DNA of 17,100 nucleotides from Elusimicrobiota bacterium. Lineage in GTDB: Bacteria; Elusimicrobiota; Elusimicrobia; F11. A program made the translations under genes and the position numbers. The DNA lies in assembly GCA_046153645.1 (NCBI GenBank), contig JBJXGI010000075.1:1-17100 (forward strand). Direction: 5' to 3'. Positions 16,704 to 17,100 of this stretch are shown here, piece by piece (the first letter of the stretch is position 1; every line of letters begins with the position of its first letter). Under the pieces are notes generated by a model that saw only the letters and a list, made by a program, of their open reading frames with translations, did not search any database and was not told where the DNA came from.

Positions 16704-17100
16704 AAATTCTATTGTCATTGGAGCGGGCCCGGCGGGTTTAAGCGCTGGCATTGGCCTTCTCAAAGCAAAACATCAAGTTAAAATACTAGAACAACGTCCA
16801 GAATGGAAAGAACGAGTGTGTGGATGTTTCTTAAGTGCGGAAGCAACTCATCACCTAAAGTTTCTCGGAATAAAAGACCCATTTTCCTCAACAGAAGCCG
16901 TTTTGGTTCATTCAACAAAAATGACATTTCAATATGAGGGAAAAAAAGGGGAAAAGCTATTAACACATACCACACCAGGAATAGGAATCTCTCGTCGATC
17001 CTTAGAAACTTTACTTGAAAAACGTTTCATTGAATTGGGTGGAATCTTAAACCGCGGCCAGAGGGTTATTAATATGACCCAATTTGAAAGATGGAATATT
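16696..17100 (+). CDS. FAD-dependent oxidoreductase/monooxygenase (geranylgeranyl reductase-like), truncated at window end
   Basis: ATG 16696 overlapping the methyltransferase stop: MSENSIVIGAGPAGLSAGIGL...KILEQ...ERVCGCFLS...GISRRSLETLL (GxGxxG, then CG motif); open to the window end. Confidence 0.88.
   Translation, partial: MSENSIVIGAGPAGLSAGIGLLKAKHQVKILEQRPEWKERVCGCFLSAEATHHLKFLGIKDPFSSTEAVLVHSTKMTFQYEGKKGEKLLTHTTPGIGISRRSLETLLEKRFIELGGILNRGQRVINMTQFERWNI

Noticed and set aside
76..16975. Other short ORFs in the track overlapping the main genes (e.g. 76-285, 282-497, 1032-1301, 8796-9176, 9581-9964, 13263-13481, 16778-16975)
   Set aside because: They are antisense or out-of-frame overlaps of well-supported genes and have no recognisable motifs.

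Overview
The left ~2.3 kb is the right end of an integrated element (prophage or satellite). It holds a truncated ORF, an excisionase-like HTH gene, a tyrosine integrase, a cargo gene with an R-H-x3-H (HEPN-like) motif, and a degenerate 3' half of tRNA-Pro(GGG) that marks the attachment site. Next comes a 34-aa signal-peptide microORF and a 3128-aa modular membrane protein. That protein has a signal peptide, an EreA/ChaN/TIKI-like N-terminal domain, TM segments, an A-B-C-B'-A' internal duplication with a 45-bp perfect direct repeat, a large TM cluster, and a C-terminal domain whose motifs and spacing match the SidJ-type pseudokinase (protein glutamylase). This giant effector-like protein is the most notable item. 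The right part is metabolic: carboxy(nor)spermidine decarboxylase and dehydrogenase, an EVE-domain gene, and a type III PKS-methyltransferase-FAD oxidoreductase cluster running off the window. The giant-protein style suggests Elusimicrobiota/Omnitrophota, but this is inference only. All assignments are by-eye motif recognition; no searches were run.
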